DNA of 64,000 nucleotides from Antedon mediterranea (Eukaryota > Animalia > Echinodermata). The position numbers and the translations under genes were made by a program. Where the stretch lies: NCBI RefSeq assembly GCF_964355755.1, contig NC_092675.1:1855812-1919811 (forward strand), given 5' to 3'. This document shows, in pieces, positions 13,401-27,300 of this stretch. Position 1 is the stretch's first letter. Each line of letters starts with the position of its first letter. Below the pieces are notes generated by a model. The model was not told the DNA's origin and did not search any database. It saw only the letters and a program-made list of their open reading frames with translations.

Positions 13401-16134
13401 TCAATCTTTCAGGTATGTAACAAAAGCCATGCAGGAATTTGAGTCCACAGTGGTGGTACCAACAAATTTTGTATTCTTCACAATTAGTGCTATATTAGCA
13501 GGTAAGTCTTTCTTTAAAAATGTGCAGCTCATTGAGAGCTTTAGAATGAACTTTTATTATTATTTAGTTAGGTAGTTCCATATTCACCATTGATCATGTC
13601 ACCAATAACTGATAATGATCTAGCCAAAGCCGAGTTTTCATGCAAGAAAAATCTCATTAGCATAAATAAATCTGATTTATTTGAAGTTCTATCTTCACTA
13701 TCAAACTAGTGTGATGTGCCAAAATATGGTAGTGATATGACCAAATATAGTAGTGATATGACATCATCATGTCCAAATATAGGCACATCACCTTTTTTGT
13801 CACATAAAGTGTGATAGTATAGACAGAGCTTTACATCTGTTCCTTTTCCTTCTAGAGATTTTTCTCAGTAGTTTTGTTTTATATTATTACATATCGTTTA
13901 CTTTCTTTGAACTTTAAGGTATATTTTTCTATCAAGAATTCATGGGCCTCACATATATACAAATAGTAATGTTTTTATATGGGTGAGTTAATTTAGATAT
14001 TTCCTTTATTATAATATTATTGTTGATTTGACAACACAGTCACTCGAACTATGTAATGTGAACAGCCAAAGGGTGCAGGATTTTGAAAGGTATTGTAGTT
14101 CTACTGTGTGAAGTGAACATGACGAGAAGCAGGAACAAATTGGTTGAAGTTGGTCATTAAAATTAAAGATTTCATTTTGCTGCTAACCTGCATTCACACC
14201 AGAGGCGAAACAAATTTAGGAGAGTTATTTATTATTATATTATGGCTCAAAAGTTACAGCCATGCTTGAAAAAGCATCGCATGATAAAGTGTACACTAAT
14301 TGTTTAGCATGTTTGAAATAAAAAGTAATATACCATTTCTTTCTATCAGATGTGGATTCTGTTTCGTTGGCGTTGCGTTTATAACTGAAGGCAGGGAAAC
14401 TCCTTCAGATGTATCTACAGAAAAGACAAAGTTACATAGATCATGGAAAAGTAAACAAAAGACCAAAGGTATTGTACAGTATTATATTTTGATGACAATG
14501 TAATAGATTTCATTTTTTACTTGCTAGACTCAAAAGACTAAAAGCATGCAATCAATTTAAAATATTTTCCCCCTGAAAAAATTATTTTTTTCAAAGTTGA
14601 ATATGCTATTTTGATGTTCCATAATAGTAATTCACTTTGACCAAAAACTGGATCGAAAATCATTTACCTGAAAAAATGTTATTTAAACAACAAATAATCA
14701 AATTGGCCAATGAGTTTTGGTTGAATTTAACCGTGTTTTGTCTTTTTATAAATGAAAACATCTTTTTAAAAAAGATTTTCCGAAAAAAGAGATATACCAA
14801 GAAGTTTAAACTAATAATGAATCTTTTTTCTTTGTTTTTTCCCTGATATTTTCATTTTCTCAATACAAGTCACTCATCATTGTATTTTATACTTTATTTT
14901 AATTTGATGAAATAGATGTTTTTATTTAATTTATACACAATTTGCTTTTGTTCTTACAGATTTAGTTTCAGATTTGGACTTCTCACGTCATAAGGTTCAA
15001 CCTGCAAAAATCCTTACGGAGTCGTCCTCGTTAGATCTAAGTTCAAATGACGAAGAAACTCCGCCTTCTCCTACTATTACGGTTCACTTTAAAATAAATC
15101 AGGTTGGTTTAAATTTCACTTCATTACATTAATGGTTAATTTGTTTTATTATTATTTATTATTTGTAGAGCGCCTTTCCAGAATTTCAAAGAAAATTAAC
15201 AGAAACAAATTACAAAAAAAATAAATATTCTACTTAGGGAACAAATAAGTTTTGAGTTGTTTCTTAAAAAGATGAGAATTAGTCGGATATCCAAAGGGAT
15301 GCTGTTCCAAAGTTTCGGACAATGGATCAACACACTGTCGCCAAAAAACATTTTTGTGGCAGGGAAAGAAAGGTGTAAAATGTCCATGGATGATCTAAAG
15401 CCAGAACGACGAGGCTCATGCAAATTAATGATATCGTGCATATATTTCGGGGCAACTTTTTAAACACTGCTGTACACATGCAGTGCAATCTTAAAATCAA
15501 TTCTCTGCTGGATCGGTAGCCAACGTAGTTTGCGTAGTAATGGAGAAGTTTTAGAGCGTGTATCAGAAAATCATTTGCGCAGCATGAAACAGGATGAAAT
15601 ACATGAATGAAAAGAACTAGATATGCTTGTGTGAATGGGTGGGTCCAGGCTTACCTGGGTAAGTTGATTACCTACCTACCCAAGTTAGCGATCCATGAAG
15701 CTAACTTGGGGGTAACTTTAATATGTAACGTACAACAATATAATTTTATTAAATGATGTAGAGTGTAAGCTGCAGTTCAATTCAAAACTACCATTTTACT
15801 TTTTGAAACATTTATTAATTTTAATACAACTATAAATCGTGAACTTATAAATATTTTACATAGATATAACATAACTGGTTTGCATTGCATTGGGGTCTAT
15901 ACAAAAAGAACATTTATTTTTGTTATGTGAAATTTAAAAAATAACACTCAACATGATGAAAAACATATCATAATGAAACAAAGAAATTGGTTTATCTGAA
16001 GCCTTTGAGCATAAAGGTGTTTCTGTTTTTTTTAGGATCAAAATAAAGAAAGTGAAATCCTGTTTAATCATTACACTGTCATCAATAGAAAAACCACAAA
16101 TGATACAAAAAGAGGAATTCATAATGTTTACTGA
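7456..16134 (+). CDS. NIPAL2: NIPA-like magnesium transporter (NIPAL2/NIPAL3-like)
   Basis: Exons 7456-7503, 8203-8271, 9631-9805, 9967-10026, 10234-10286, 10654-10722, 12374-12470, 13142-13277, 13413-13501, 13919-13982, 14350-14468, 14960-15102, probably 16036-16134 (alternative read-through stop at 15132). Motifs GNLLISIAMNIQKY, LWWIG..LM..GEIGNF.AYGFAPA..VAPLG, ASLTIIGAKAV, VVVPTNFVFFTISAILAG. The paralog symbol is tentative. Confidence 0.88.
10428..10589. mobile_element. MITE family A copy
   Basis: Complete TIRs at both ends. Confidence 0.85.
10934..11043. mobile_element. Small palindromic (foldback) MITE
   Basis: atagagttctgcggtgtgacgtcacaacg...cgttgtgaagtcagcactgcagaattctat, long imperfect inverted repeat. 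Confidence 0.6.
12045..12206. mobile_element. MITE family A copy
   Basis: Complete TIRs at both ends. Confidence 0.85.
13685..13830. mobile_element. MITE family A copy
   Basis: Diverged TIRs, same internal motif. Confidence 0.8.
15145..15590 (-). mobile_element. 3' fragment of an L2-clade LINE
   Basis: Minus strand LRWLPIQQRIDFKI...APKY...PRRSGFRSS...FGD...PKLWNSIP; 3' end gaaaggcgctctacaaat followed by an AAT-type tail. Confidence 0.75.
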
Positions 16135-18046
16135 TAACAGTGAGAAGAAGGGTGTTTAGTGAAGCAACTGGCACAACCAGATAGTTACAGAAAGATCTAG
16201 AAGATCTCTACTAAGTATAAAGATGGTATTGGCAGAGGCAGCGAATGATTGTCCAGCAGCAACCAAAGTGTCTTCAGAGAAAGAAGTGTGTCTCTTTAGC
16301 AACAAAGCACCTACTGAAGCAGTCATTCCCAAGAGCAACTAGAGTGTCTTCTAAAACATCCAGAGTGCAGGGAATAATTTCGTCAGTTTAGCATTACAAA
16401 AAGCTAAACAAAACAACCTTATTGCTACACATTTTGAAAATTGTATAGCAAAATAATACAATAAAAAAACGACTTGACTCAACAATCAGATGATTAGCAA
16501 TATTGCTAAACAAAATTTTAAAATGAAATTTTTCCCTGGAGTGCCTCTTGAAGTAACAAGAGGGTCTTCAGAGAGGCAGCCAATGAGTTTCTAGGAGCAA
16601 ACTAAAGGGTATTCTTAGAAACAAATATGTGTCTTGAAGCAACAAAAAAAGCAGTCAGAGAATCCCCAAGGGCAACCAGAGTTTTTTCTGAAACATCCAG
16701 AGTGTCTCATGAGGAAACAAGAGGGTTCTCAGAGGTACCCACCCACAAGGTGTAATGACAAGAATCTTGAATGCACTAAGCATGTCAAATATTATTGAGT
16801 AAGGTATTTTAACTTTTTATTACATATTAGTACAGTGCTTGTTTGTTTGATATTTAATTCATGTTTTAAGATTGTAATGGTTGTATCTTTTGATTTGTTG
16901 TCTGTTCTTGTGTTAATCAAAAGGTTAATTAAATGAAATTTAAAAAATATATTTATGACTACAACTGTAATGTAGGAGATAAAGATATAATAATTGTCCC
17001 CTGAAAACATACAAAAAAATGTTTTATTTTAATGTTACATAATAGTTATTACCTTTGTGGATCGAGACAACAAAAAATTACCTGACCAATTTGTAATTTA
17101 AACAAAAATGTGTCAAATTGTCTGGCAGACAATAGGTGTTTGATTAAATGTAACCATTTACTTTGTCTTTTTATCAATGACATTTTTAAAAGTTGATGAC
17201 CTATTCAAAATCTGATTTTATTAATCTTCATTTTTTAATGTTTTTGTGGGAACAATACATCTTTAACTAACTACTAATAGTATTTTGATATTTCTTGTAA
17301 AGTACATTATTTTACACTGAAAATGTACATAAAACAGTATTTTAACTTATCGTATACTTTTTTTTAAGCATGTATTTTATTGTTTAAGGTGAAGCGAGTC
17401 TAACATATTATATATATATAACTGTATTTCTATTTTATTTTATGATGTTTATAATAAACAAACAAACAAATGTATCTATCTAAAGTCTTTTCTAAGATAG
17501 CATGTTCTATTTTTAAACTTTACAATTGATTCTTTACCGTATATATACGGTAGTATACCAACAGTGCATATTTTTCGAGCTTAACGCATGCGCGAAATGG
17601 GTACCTTTGTCATCGTAGCGATAAAGAAAATCGAGGAGAAACAATGTAAAATACTACCAGACGGATTAATCGGCAGTTCGGATGATCCATCGCTTGTCAT
17701 TGGTCAAATCACTTGTTGCGCTTTATACTGGGAACTAGGCTTGATTAAAGTACACAATAATCTGTAAATTCCAATCCGGCTATTGTTTTGCCGATGTGAG
17801 TTAGCCTATTGGTTGAGTTATAAGGTTTTGTAAGGTTATTTATTAACAAACAATCGAATTTGCGAGTTTCATATTTGATAAAATATCGTGTTTATATTGT
17901 GTCAAAATATCGACAATTTCTGTCAAGGGGTCATCGACTATCTTCTGGAGTTTCTTGACCAGTAGATGAAGAAGATGGTTAATCTGCGCATGCGTATTAG
18001 ACTGGACTTTATTTGGCCGATGCAACGTTTTTCCTATTCCTTCGTT

Positions 18047-20458
18047 CTATTGAAATTGCACAAGTAATACAAAATATGTAAAGATGAATCCAACACCCTG
18101 CAATCAAAATGATAAATACAAATTACTTAAGCTCTGTCTACACACACTATCAAACTTTATGTGATGTGCCCATGGACATGATGATGTCTACCATCTATCA
18201 CTACCATGTTTGGGCAGATCACTACCATATTTTAGGCACATCACACTTTTTGTCGAACCAGGAAAGAGTGAAAATGTCACTCTTCCCTGGTCGAACTAAT
18301 TTGATAATGTAGAGCTTTACGTGTAGGTACGGTAGTACACGACGACACTACAGAATAAAAGAGTTTAAATCCAGATTACGGTATTGCATCCGCAACATCA
18401 AGTAGGCATACAATAATATTCAATGCTAGAATACTTTTACCGGTATATACATTGTTATATTTATGGTATGTTTCTAAAGATAATGATAAACCTTCGTCAC
18501 CAAACATGATCGTTGCTTACCGTTAAAAGTACCTCTTTAGTTATAGTGACAAATCCAAATACTGAATACCCAATAGGAGGACCGTTCAGACGAGATAGAA
18601 ACAGCATATGGGTCTGTAAAAACGAATCAAATTTAGAGTATCCTCTTATATAGAATATGTAATGTAACAAATATTGTTTGTTACCGTAATTAACAGTCGA
18701 CCACACTATAATAAAATACCACTTTTGATTGATTTTGACCTAAACTGAAACGCAATTGATCTTTAATGTGAAAGTTCGAGCCAAAGACCCTGACATTGGT
18801 ATGGTATAGTCCAGCACATCAACTACCACGAAGCTATAACATTTTTAAAGATGTAATGTCACCCCAAAAATATGAAAAATAAAGATTAATAAAATGAGAC
18901 GTTTCATATGCCATTATTCCGTACTGAACAAGAACTTTCACAAAAAGTCCAAAAAAAAAAACCAGTTAAAAATATAACCCAAAAAACTCCCATTTTCTGA
19001 CAATTTTGTTAAAATAAATCTATTTTCGGTCTATGTTTTAGTCAAGGTGAATAACTATTAGGCATAAATTATATTTACCGAAATAAGGTTGTCGTTACAA
19101 GTTTTCGATGCTAACGCAGAGAGCCGGTGTATTTTGTCACTGAAATCATGAATCTAAAAAAAAAAATAAATAAAGAATAATTAATAGTAAAAGTTACAAT
19201 TCGTTTTATTAAATCTAGTAAAGTCTGTTTTGAAGAAAATTAACCATTTTAACATTAAAAAAAATATTTAATTCAATTGCAATATAAATTTAATTCTTTT
19301 TAAATCAAATTTATTCTATTTAATAGAAGCAATAGATTAGTCTGTCATTTGATTTCAAATCTATGAAGTAGTTTTGGTGAAAGTTAGACTTAAAGTTTGA
19401 AAAGAAAAATATGTTACCTCCGTGTTTAGTAGAGCAGCATGGATTGTAACCACTCCCATGCAGATTGAGTTACTTGTCAGCCAACTTAAATAAGTCATCT
19501 TGGTCCTAACACCCTCTGGTGAAAATAACGCTTGATACGCTAAAAATATGATGATTGGAATCTGAATTAAGCACATTACTAAAAGATAAACAGAAAAACA
19601 GGCATCGGCGTGGCTCACAGAATCACAAAGATGGTTGTGCTGTTTTCGTATCGACTCATACAATTGCTCGTCAATAACAGCCTCACCGGATTGTTGTGCC
19701 GGACACTCCGTTTCTATCATTTTGGAAAATCTTTCCCCCAGTAACTTAAACTGTTTTTGCAGGTATCTTGAGATGAGACTGACGAACACGGCGTAATGCA
19801 AAAATAAAAACACATGATGATTTACGATAATCACAAACAACGCCACACTGATTGAAGAAGTCCATGGTGCTGATGATATGTGGTATTCTGAAGTTTCAAA
19901 TACATAAGCGTTGATATACTGGGTAGCCGTGCATATGGAAAAGTGAAACATAGAAAACAGTAAAGCAAGATATACTTCACGTTTAATGTGTGCATTTCCA
20001 GGAACACAGTTCAGTTTACGACTAGCGACACTGTTACAGTACTTCTGGTTATGTTCAAAAAACGATAGTAAGCCATGTTTCTTTCGAGAGCATCCAGAGT
20101 ATGCAAGCACAATGCCTACCATACAGTAAAGATTAAATGCACACATTATTATTTCAGAATACGTAAGTCCAGGATGCACATTATCTTTCCATAACTCAGG
20201 AACGAACCTTACAAAGTTAAAAATACTAATTAGTGAAATGAAGATATGATAGAACTTGCCAAAAGTTGCTTCAAAGTTGCTTCTATCTTCAAACGGTGGT
20301 TCGTGATAAACACCGATAACCTTCAAAGGTAATATAAACAACTTCATCTTGGAATATAATGGATGACTTAATCTAGTCGATTGTAAGTCATTTTTGACGC
20401 TTACTTCCTCCGGTAGCCTAGCTTCTGTGGAACAACCAAATTCCTCGCTAAAATGCAT
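18047..20458 (-). CDS. Gustatory receptor-like (GR/GRL, 7TM ion channel superfamily) protein, ~419 aa
   Basis: Exons 20458-19418, 19153-19079, 18613-18521, 18097-18047; three phase-0 C-terminal introns; RLNGPPIGYSVFGFVTITKEVLLT and TM7 motif TYFVLLVQF; multiple hydrophobic helices. Confidence 0.9.
18130..18316. mobile_element. MITE family A copy in the last GRL intron
   Basis: Left TIR near-intact, right TIR partly deleted. Confidence 0.8.
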
Positions 20459-21189
20459 AATTACTGCATAAAAATAAGGAATTAAATAGGCTATATTCTT
20501 TACCAGTTTCTAATGTACTAGTTTGAAATACGGAGATGGCTGACTCAGCATTTGACTCTCAATTCTAACTATCCGTGGTTATATAATATAAGTGACTATA
20601 TAATGCGTTGTCATACGTCCAATCACATCTCAATCAGTTTTTATGAATTCGATATCTTCTCATTTCATGCGCGATCGATAAAGTATTCGGTAATTTACCG
20701 TAAGAGTAATATTCAGTAGTAGCCACCAAACAATAGATTGTTTGTACAGTATTTCCGACGATGTGAATCAGGTAAATTCGCCGTTGAATCAATTTTAATT
20801 CGATGACAATCACAATTAACCTGGATATGAAAATGTACGATTCTTCTAATTAAATTGTAATCTTTCGTGTTATTGTTGTCGGTTAAAACGAAATCAATCG
20901 ATTGAACCCCAAAGCTTTATTTATGTGAAAATTATCCCGAAGAACAGAAACAAAAGAAATCATCGAATTATAAAAATTGTATTTCAATTCCTATTACGCC
21001 AATTTCGCTCTTAAAATTTGATGCAATTAGTTTCACAGGTAAACAGAAATGAAAGCAATCGACCGACTAGAAATAATGATCAAGTGAATACTGATTTTAA
21101 AGCTATTAGGCCTACAATTGTCGTATTCGATTTAGACTTTCACCGTTGAGTACAGTTTTTCCATAAGCGTTGAGAATGTGTACACTGAT

Positions 21190-21885
21190 CCGTTAACTAT
21201 TGTTGAACTGACTAAGTCAAAAGAAGGCTGTGAAATTAACAGTCTTAAACTGAATTGCCTAAGCTTTGCCGATGACTTGGTCCTTTGGCTCCGTCAGTGA
21301 CTGGCTTACAAAGCCTAATTGGACTCTGTGAAGGTTTTGCTAGTGACCATGATATTACTTTTAATGAAACCAAATCCAAATGCTTGCTATTTTGCCCGAA
21401 AGTCCGCAACCTCAAAGGTGTTCCACATATTACCTAAATGGGGCACCTCTAATCGTTGATAATTCAATAACCTATCTTGGTCATGGATGGGATCAGTAAT
21501 AACCTGAGTGATGAAAGTGACATCAAACCTCAATATCGATCTATTTGCATTAGGGCCAACTCTCTAAATAGAAAGTTTGGAAAATGTTCTACTAAGACTA
21601 AATGTTATCTATTTAAGAGTTACTGTGTCAGCATGTACTGTTCAACCTTATGGTGTAGATATAATAAGAGCACTCTGAGATCACTGAAAGTATGTTATAA
21701 CAATGCCTTACGTTTGCTGCTGAAGCAGCCTAGACATTGTAGTGCAAGCATGATGTTTGTCTTAAATGACGTCCCATCCTTTGATGAGTTCATTAGAAAA
21801 TCTGTTTTTAGTTTTAAAAATCGTGTGAACGCAAGTAGTAATTCCTTGATCATGGCCATTAATCGCCACGTTCAATTCTTAATGT
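21190..21885 (+). mobile_element. Decayed non-LTR retrotransposon RT 3' part (RTE-X-like, clade tentative)
   Basis: NCLSFADDLVL..PSVTGLQ.LI..C..FA....ITFN..KSK, then LFKSYC..MYCS.LW; frameshifts present. Confidence 0.75.
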
Positions 21886-22442
21886 GTCAAGAATCTATTT
21901 ATATATGGTCGAAGAAGTACGGGTCGTGCCAGTATATCTCGTAAACTTGAATTTAAGAAGCCTGGCTAGGCCCCTGAATACCATGTGCTTTTTGTTTCAG
22001 AAATGCCTGCAAGGTCGTGGAAAAACCTCTTTAACCTCTGAAAACCAAGCAAATGTTTTAAGAATAGGTAAGCTATTATACTTCTTCAGCAGAAAAAACA
22101 AAATACAAATATGGCGAAGTGTAATGAATATCGGATGACACCCCATCACCAAACACATACAATAAATGTATTGATTATTAAATATTATTAATATTAGTTT
22201 ATTTTTTTCAGCCGGACATTATCAGGATTCTTTATAAAATATGTCCTGTGCTGATTACATAATGTCAATCTAAATACGAAAAATGATTACAAACTTCATT
22301 TCAAGCCTGGTGAATTTCCACCTGCCGTATTAAGTTGCAATTATTCAAATAATAAATGGAATTGCTATAATTACACTACCTCAAACATCGGCCATCGCAT
22401 ATGACAATCAAGAATTGCCATTTTACATTAGCGACATAATAT

Positions 22443-22835
22443 GTGGACTTTCAAGAGATCGTCTTTATTCTGGACGATGGAAGCGTCTTTGGACGAAGAA
22501 ACAGCAAGCCTGACTCAATGCTACCTCTTGACTGGATAAGAAAATGGTGCTTCCTGGACGTTATTAATAATGTACCGGCAATTGGATACACACCAGTCGA
22601 CCTAATGCAAGATCACCCGGAACATGCACCGGAGCTGTATAACATCAACACACCACCGACCTTTGCCTCAGACATCTACAGTTTTGGTGTCATAATTGAA
22701 GGCATTGCCGCTAACAAAGAATTAATTCCGCTAATGGATATCATTATCAGCGGACCCTGCCTTCATTCCAGACCAGACCAAAAACCAGCCATCGGGAAGA
22801 CTTATGATCACATTGAATTAGAATTAATTGATTAA
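22443..22835 (+). pseudogene. Protein kinase C-lobe fragment
   Basis: HAPELY...TFASDIYSFG (subdomains VIII-IX) and CLHSRPDQKP (XI); no intact HRD/DFG or N-lobe. Confidence 0.55.
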
Positions 22836-24319
22836 TTTCACAAAGAACCATCATTATAGTGCTGAAATCAGCGATGTCCAGTCATCATTCTGAAGATTCT
22901 GAAGAACCAAAACTATAATATACTACTCTCTCAAGTGTATAATACTTTTTACAATAATGATAATATTACGATGTGCAATTTCTATATCATTACACAACAT
23001 TTATGTGATAGTTTTATAAATTATTGTGAGTTACTTTTTTGGACGATCACTGGGTATCATTAACCAGTGAATATTAACATAGCTTATCAATATTCCGTTG
23101 GCAAAGTTAAGATACCCTACAATACTATTATATGGTCGATGATGACTATGATTGACATTGTCTGATCTCTTAATTCACAAAAATATGTTAAAGAAGCTCT
23201 TTTTTCTTGTCATGCCAAAACTCAGCACCAATAAATGTATTGACGATTAAAAAGTCTAAAGACAGTATGAACACAATTGTTATATTTGTATAATAAAAAC
23301 AAAAATGATTGATGTTTTTTGTGGATTATTTTTACAACTTATTGCCAAAAACACCATTTTCGTTGTGCTTTTTGTTGCCAATGCGATTCCCATGTTTCTT
23401 AATCGTCATCGTCTTTCCTTACTCGTCGTGAGAGGCGCCCTATCTCGAGCAGTTTCTCTTTCTTTAGTGTGGTGAGTGACATCTTCACGCGACACACGTA
23501 CGGAATTGAAAAACCAGTTCGCAACCAACTATTGCATGTTGTAAACAATATCTCGCATCCTTCGATTGTTTTTTGATACAATTTTTCAATATATATGCAA
23601 AGGAAATAATTCCCCAGATGTAAGTTTCGTATAGTTGTTTGTTTTGCGAATATGACTGTATGAAATACAGTAGGCCAGCTAGGCTCTTTACTACTACTAG
23701 GCCTAGCCTACTAGGCCTACTTGTACTACTAGCCTAGCCCTAGCCTAGGGTTTTAGGGCCAGGCCTAGAGAGGCCCTACTAGACTAGACTCCAGCCAGGC
23801 TAGGGTAGGGCTACCTAGGCCTAGCTAGGCCTATAATCTATAGAGAGTAGCATTTTGGATGGGTACTGTTTGGTAAAACTTCTAGGCTAGTACTACTAGG
23901 TAGGGCATATATGCTATTAATTATGCCTAAAGTAGTATGTTATGGTGAGTTATGTGGCGTGGCTGGTTTCAATTGAAAATTCACAAGAATTGCATAAAAA
24001 ATGAATACCTTAATACACAATTTCAAATTGCCCATAATAACAATGTTTGACTTTGAACTACTGCACTGTGTACTGTAATGGTTGTTTTGCATTCACTAAT
24101 AATGATCTAATCTATAATAATATATATAATTTATTTACAGAATATTCAATTAGAATATTATTATATTAAAAAATGAATAGAAGATAACTTTTTAATGCGA
24201 GAACTGATGCATGATGTCATAATTTTTCTATGACCAAAATTTGTATCCTTAACTTTTTGTAAATGTTTATTTTAAATATTCATTTAGCATGGACAAGATG
24301 AAACTTTAGAAAAAGTAGA

Positions 24320-27300
24320 ATGATGTCAAAAAATGGTGGTGGGTTTGCAATGCCAGTCACCGAAATGAGCAATGATGTAACGGAGTGTATTGATGTTGCA
24401 TCTCCTCAAGGTATCTTGTCATGAATATCAAATATTGTATACAGTATGTTTGTACTGTATGTATTTGTGTTTTATTGATGAATTCCTTCACTGGAACAGG
24501 ATCCATCATGGTATTAAAGTAAATTAAATTACTGTATGTGCTGTTGTGACTATTTATTACTGGTTGTGACTACTGTAGATAACTGTATAGGAAAACAAAA
24601 ACATTTAATATTATTATTTAACTAAATAAAGCTAGTTTTTTTGGGGTAGAAAATAAAAAGAATGTTAAAACAGAATGTCTCAAAAAAAATTTTTTTTTGT
24701 CCATGGTCTGACTATCCAAGAAAATAATCAAGCATATAGTTATTATACCTAATTGTTATTATATTTCTTTGTTTAGACATAGTAGAAATGTTAAGTATCT
24801 GCGACAATGAAATGTTAAATGGCTGGAAGGATTTTAAGGTAAAAATAAGATTTTTAAAATTTATGCAAAAATGTTCTCTTCTTTTACTAGCCAAACAGCA
24901 ACTAATTCAATAATCTTTGTATTGTATTGAAAAAGACTGACTATGGGTATGTCCAGATTCATGGAGTTATTCTTTCATATCGCAAGCAAGCAAAGCATAA
25001 CTCCATAGTCTGAACAGGCCTTATCAAAAGGAGGTACTGTAAATCCCATTGAAAATAGTAATTTTGACCTATACACAAAATAAGAAGAAATGAAATATTT
25101 TGTAATATTAGAGACCATCTTTAGTTGTTAAGATTGCAGTTTTTAGTTTCATGATCAAGTTTACCAAATATTTATACCAAATATATATATAAATTATTAA
25201 TAGAAAAAAACTTAATGGAATATTTATTTATTATTATTTATTTATGTTATATTTATTTTAGAGTCTTGCTTCACCAGACCTACATGACAACATTTTAAAA
25301 GTATCTGATGCTGTTAGTAATGTTCTGAAGGTAATTGTGTATAATGTAGAACCCCTCCTTTGAGACATCCCTATTCAAGTGACACCACTATTAATTTTTA
25401 ACAAAAGATTTGTATCTCAGTTGTACATCTACAGTAACAAATCTATACAGATTACTTCTCTCAGCACATTTTTATGATAGCTACTATTAAATATGTATTG
25501 TTCCCCCAAAAACATGAAAAATGAAGATTAATTAAATCAGACTTTGTTATTTTGTAGTTTTAATAAAGTTAATCACTTCCATAGAAAAAAAAAATAGTGT
25601 TTTCACTTATAAAATGACAAAATAAATGGTTAAATTTAACCAAAAATCCACTGGCTGGCAGCCAATTTGACCATTTTTTACTTTACATTACATTTTTTTC
25701 AGGTAAATACATTTTTTTCGATCAAATTTTTGGTCAAAGTGGATAACTATTATGTTACATTAAAATGGAATATTAAAAAAAAAAAGTTTGTAAGAATTAT
25801 TTTTTCAGGGGGACAATACATCTTTAACATGCTTCTTTCAGAATATTAGTGGTCTTAGAATTTAATATACACATTGCATTTGATTGGTTAATTTTGTATC
25901 CCATGACATGCATTATTTGTCCCATTTCAACAATTGAATTAACAATAATGCTCAGCTTTTTGTAAATATTTTGAGAATTTTTTTGAAGCGTTTGAGGCTT
26001 GTTATAATAGTGATCAAAGAAAAGGTTATAGATTATTTGACCAGCATTATATTCACATTTTATTACTTTTATTTACAGCATAAAAAGGGAACTGTTATAC
26101 TGAGTGGTTGTGGAACATCTGGAAGAATTGCGTTTTTGTTGTCAGTGAGTAGATAGGAATTTTAAAACATCATTTTTTCTCACTACTTAATAAACACAGT
26201 ATTACCTTGGTTTATTTTTTAAAAATTTTATTTTATATTTTATTCAAACTCATTCCACAGCGGGAAACCCGCCCCTTACAGAATGGAATAAACTATACCA
26301 TATAAAAATATATATAAATCTTAAAATCTAACAATACAAAATTATACAATTTTACTAATTTTATTACAAAAACAATTATAACGGTCAAAAAAGAGATCAA
26401 TAGAATTATCTTTAAGAACACAATTATTAAAAAGAAGACAAATACATCTATATATATTTAAACCATGGCATTAAATAGATAATATGATGACTTGTTATCC
26501 TTTTTCTACAGAGGAAATTTAATGAGCTTTTGGTGGAACTGGGATTGGAACCGTGTTTTGATTATCTGATAGCGGGAGGTGATAAAGCCCTGTTCACATC
26601 ACAGGAAGCACCTGAAGATGATCCAGTATCGGGTAAAAAAGCACTACAAAAGGTGAGATTACTGTCAAATGTTTATGTGGTTCTTAACAGTTTTCTGTGC
26701 GGGACAAGCTTACTATTACCACTCGTCTGTGTAAATTGGCCTTTAAAGAGTCATAGCATAAAAGAGTCCTAAAGTACTGTAGCATGGATGCTGAATATAC
26801 TGATGTGTTTGTGTAACAGGATATAGAATTAAAAATATGAACAGTTTCCATAACAAGGCATGTGGAAGTACAATGTATTCAATTTGACTTTTATTTACAA
26901 AGATTGCTTTAATGGTTTCTACTATGTTTAAATGCAGGTCCATCTTTTAGAATAGAAAACTAGTCAACTATTAAAATAAATATATTAAAATATTCTTCCA
27001 TGTCTCAAAAACTATTTTCCCCATGTCAAATAAAAAAAGGTGTTTATAGTTTTCTGTTACTGTGTACACTTTCACGTTCTTTCTGTTTATTTAACAACAG
27101 GATACAAGTGTACTCTAACTGTAGATACAATAATAACCTATCAATATAACATTTGTTTATGACTTTTGCAAACGAAATATTATCTCCTTCCTGTTTCCAT
27201 AATATTTCAAAAAATGCGACTATTTTGAAAAACAGCTCCAGGTTTCAAATTGTTATGCACGATTCTCAACATGAATTTTCAAGCCTTGTCCACACACTTC

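Noticed and set aside
16150-16750. Possible extra coding exon with degenerate repeats (aacatccagagtg)
   Set aside because: No long open frame in sense; most likely NIPAL 3' UTR or an old tandem repeat.
26612-26640. CTGAAGA hammerhead-like start
   Set aside because: Inside a GCKR exon (PEDDP) with no GAAA core or stems.
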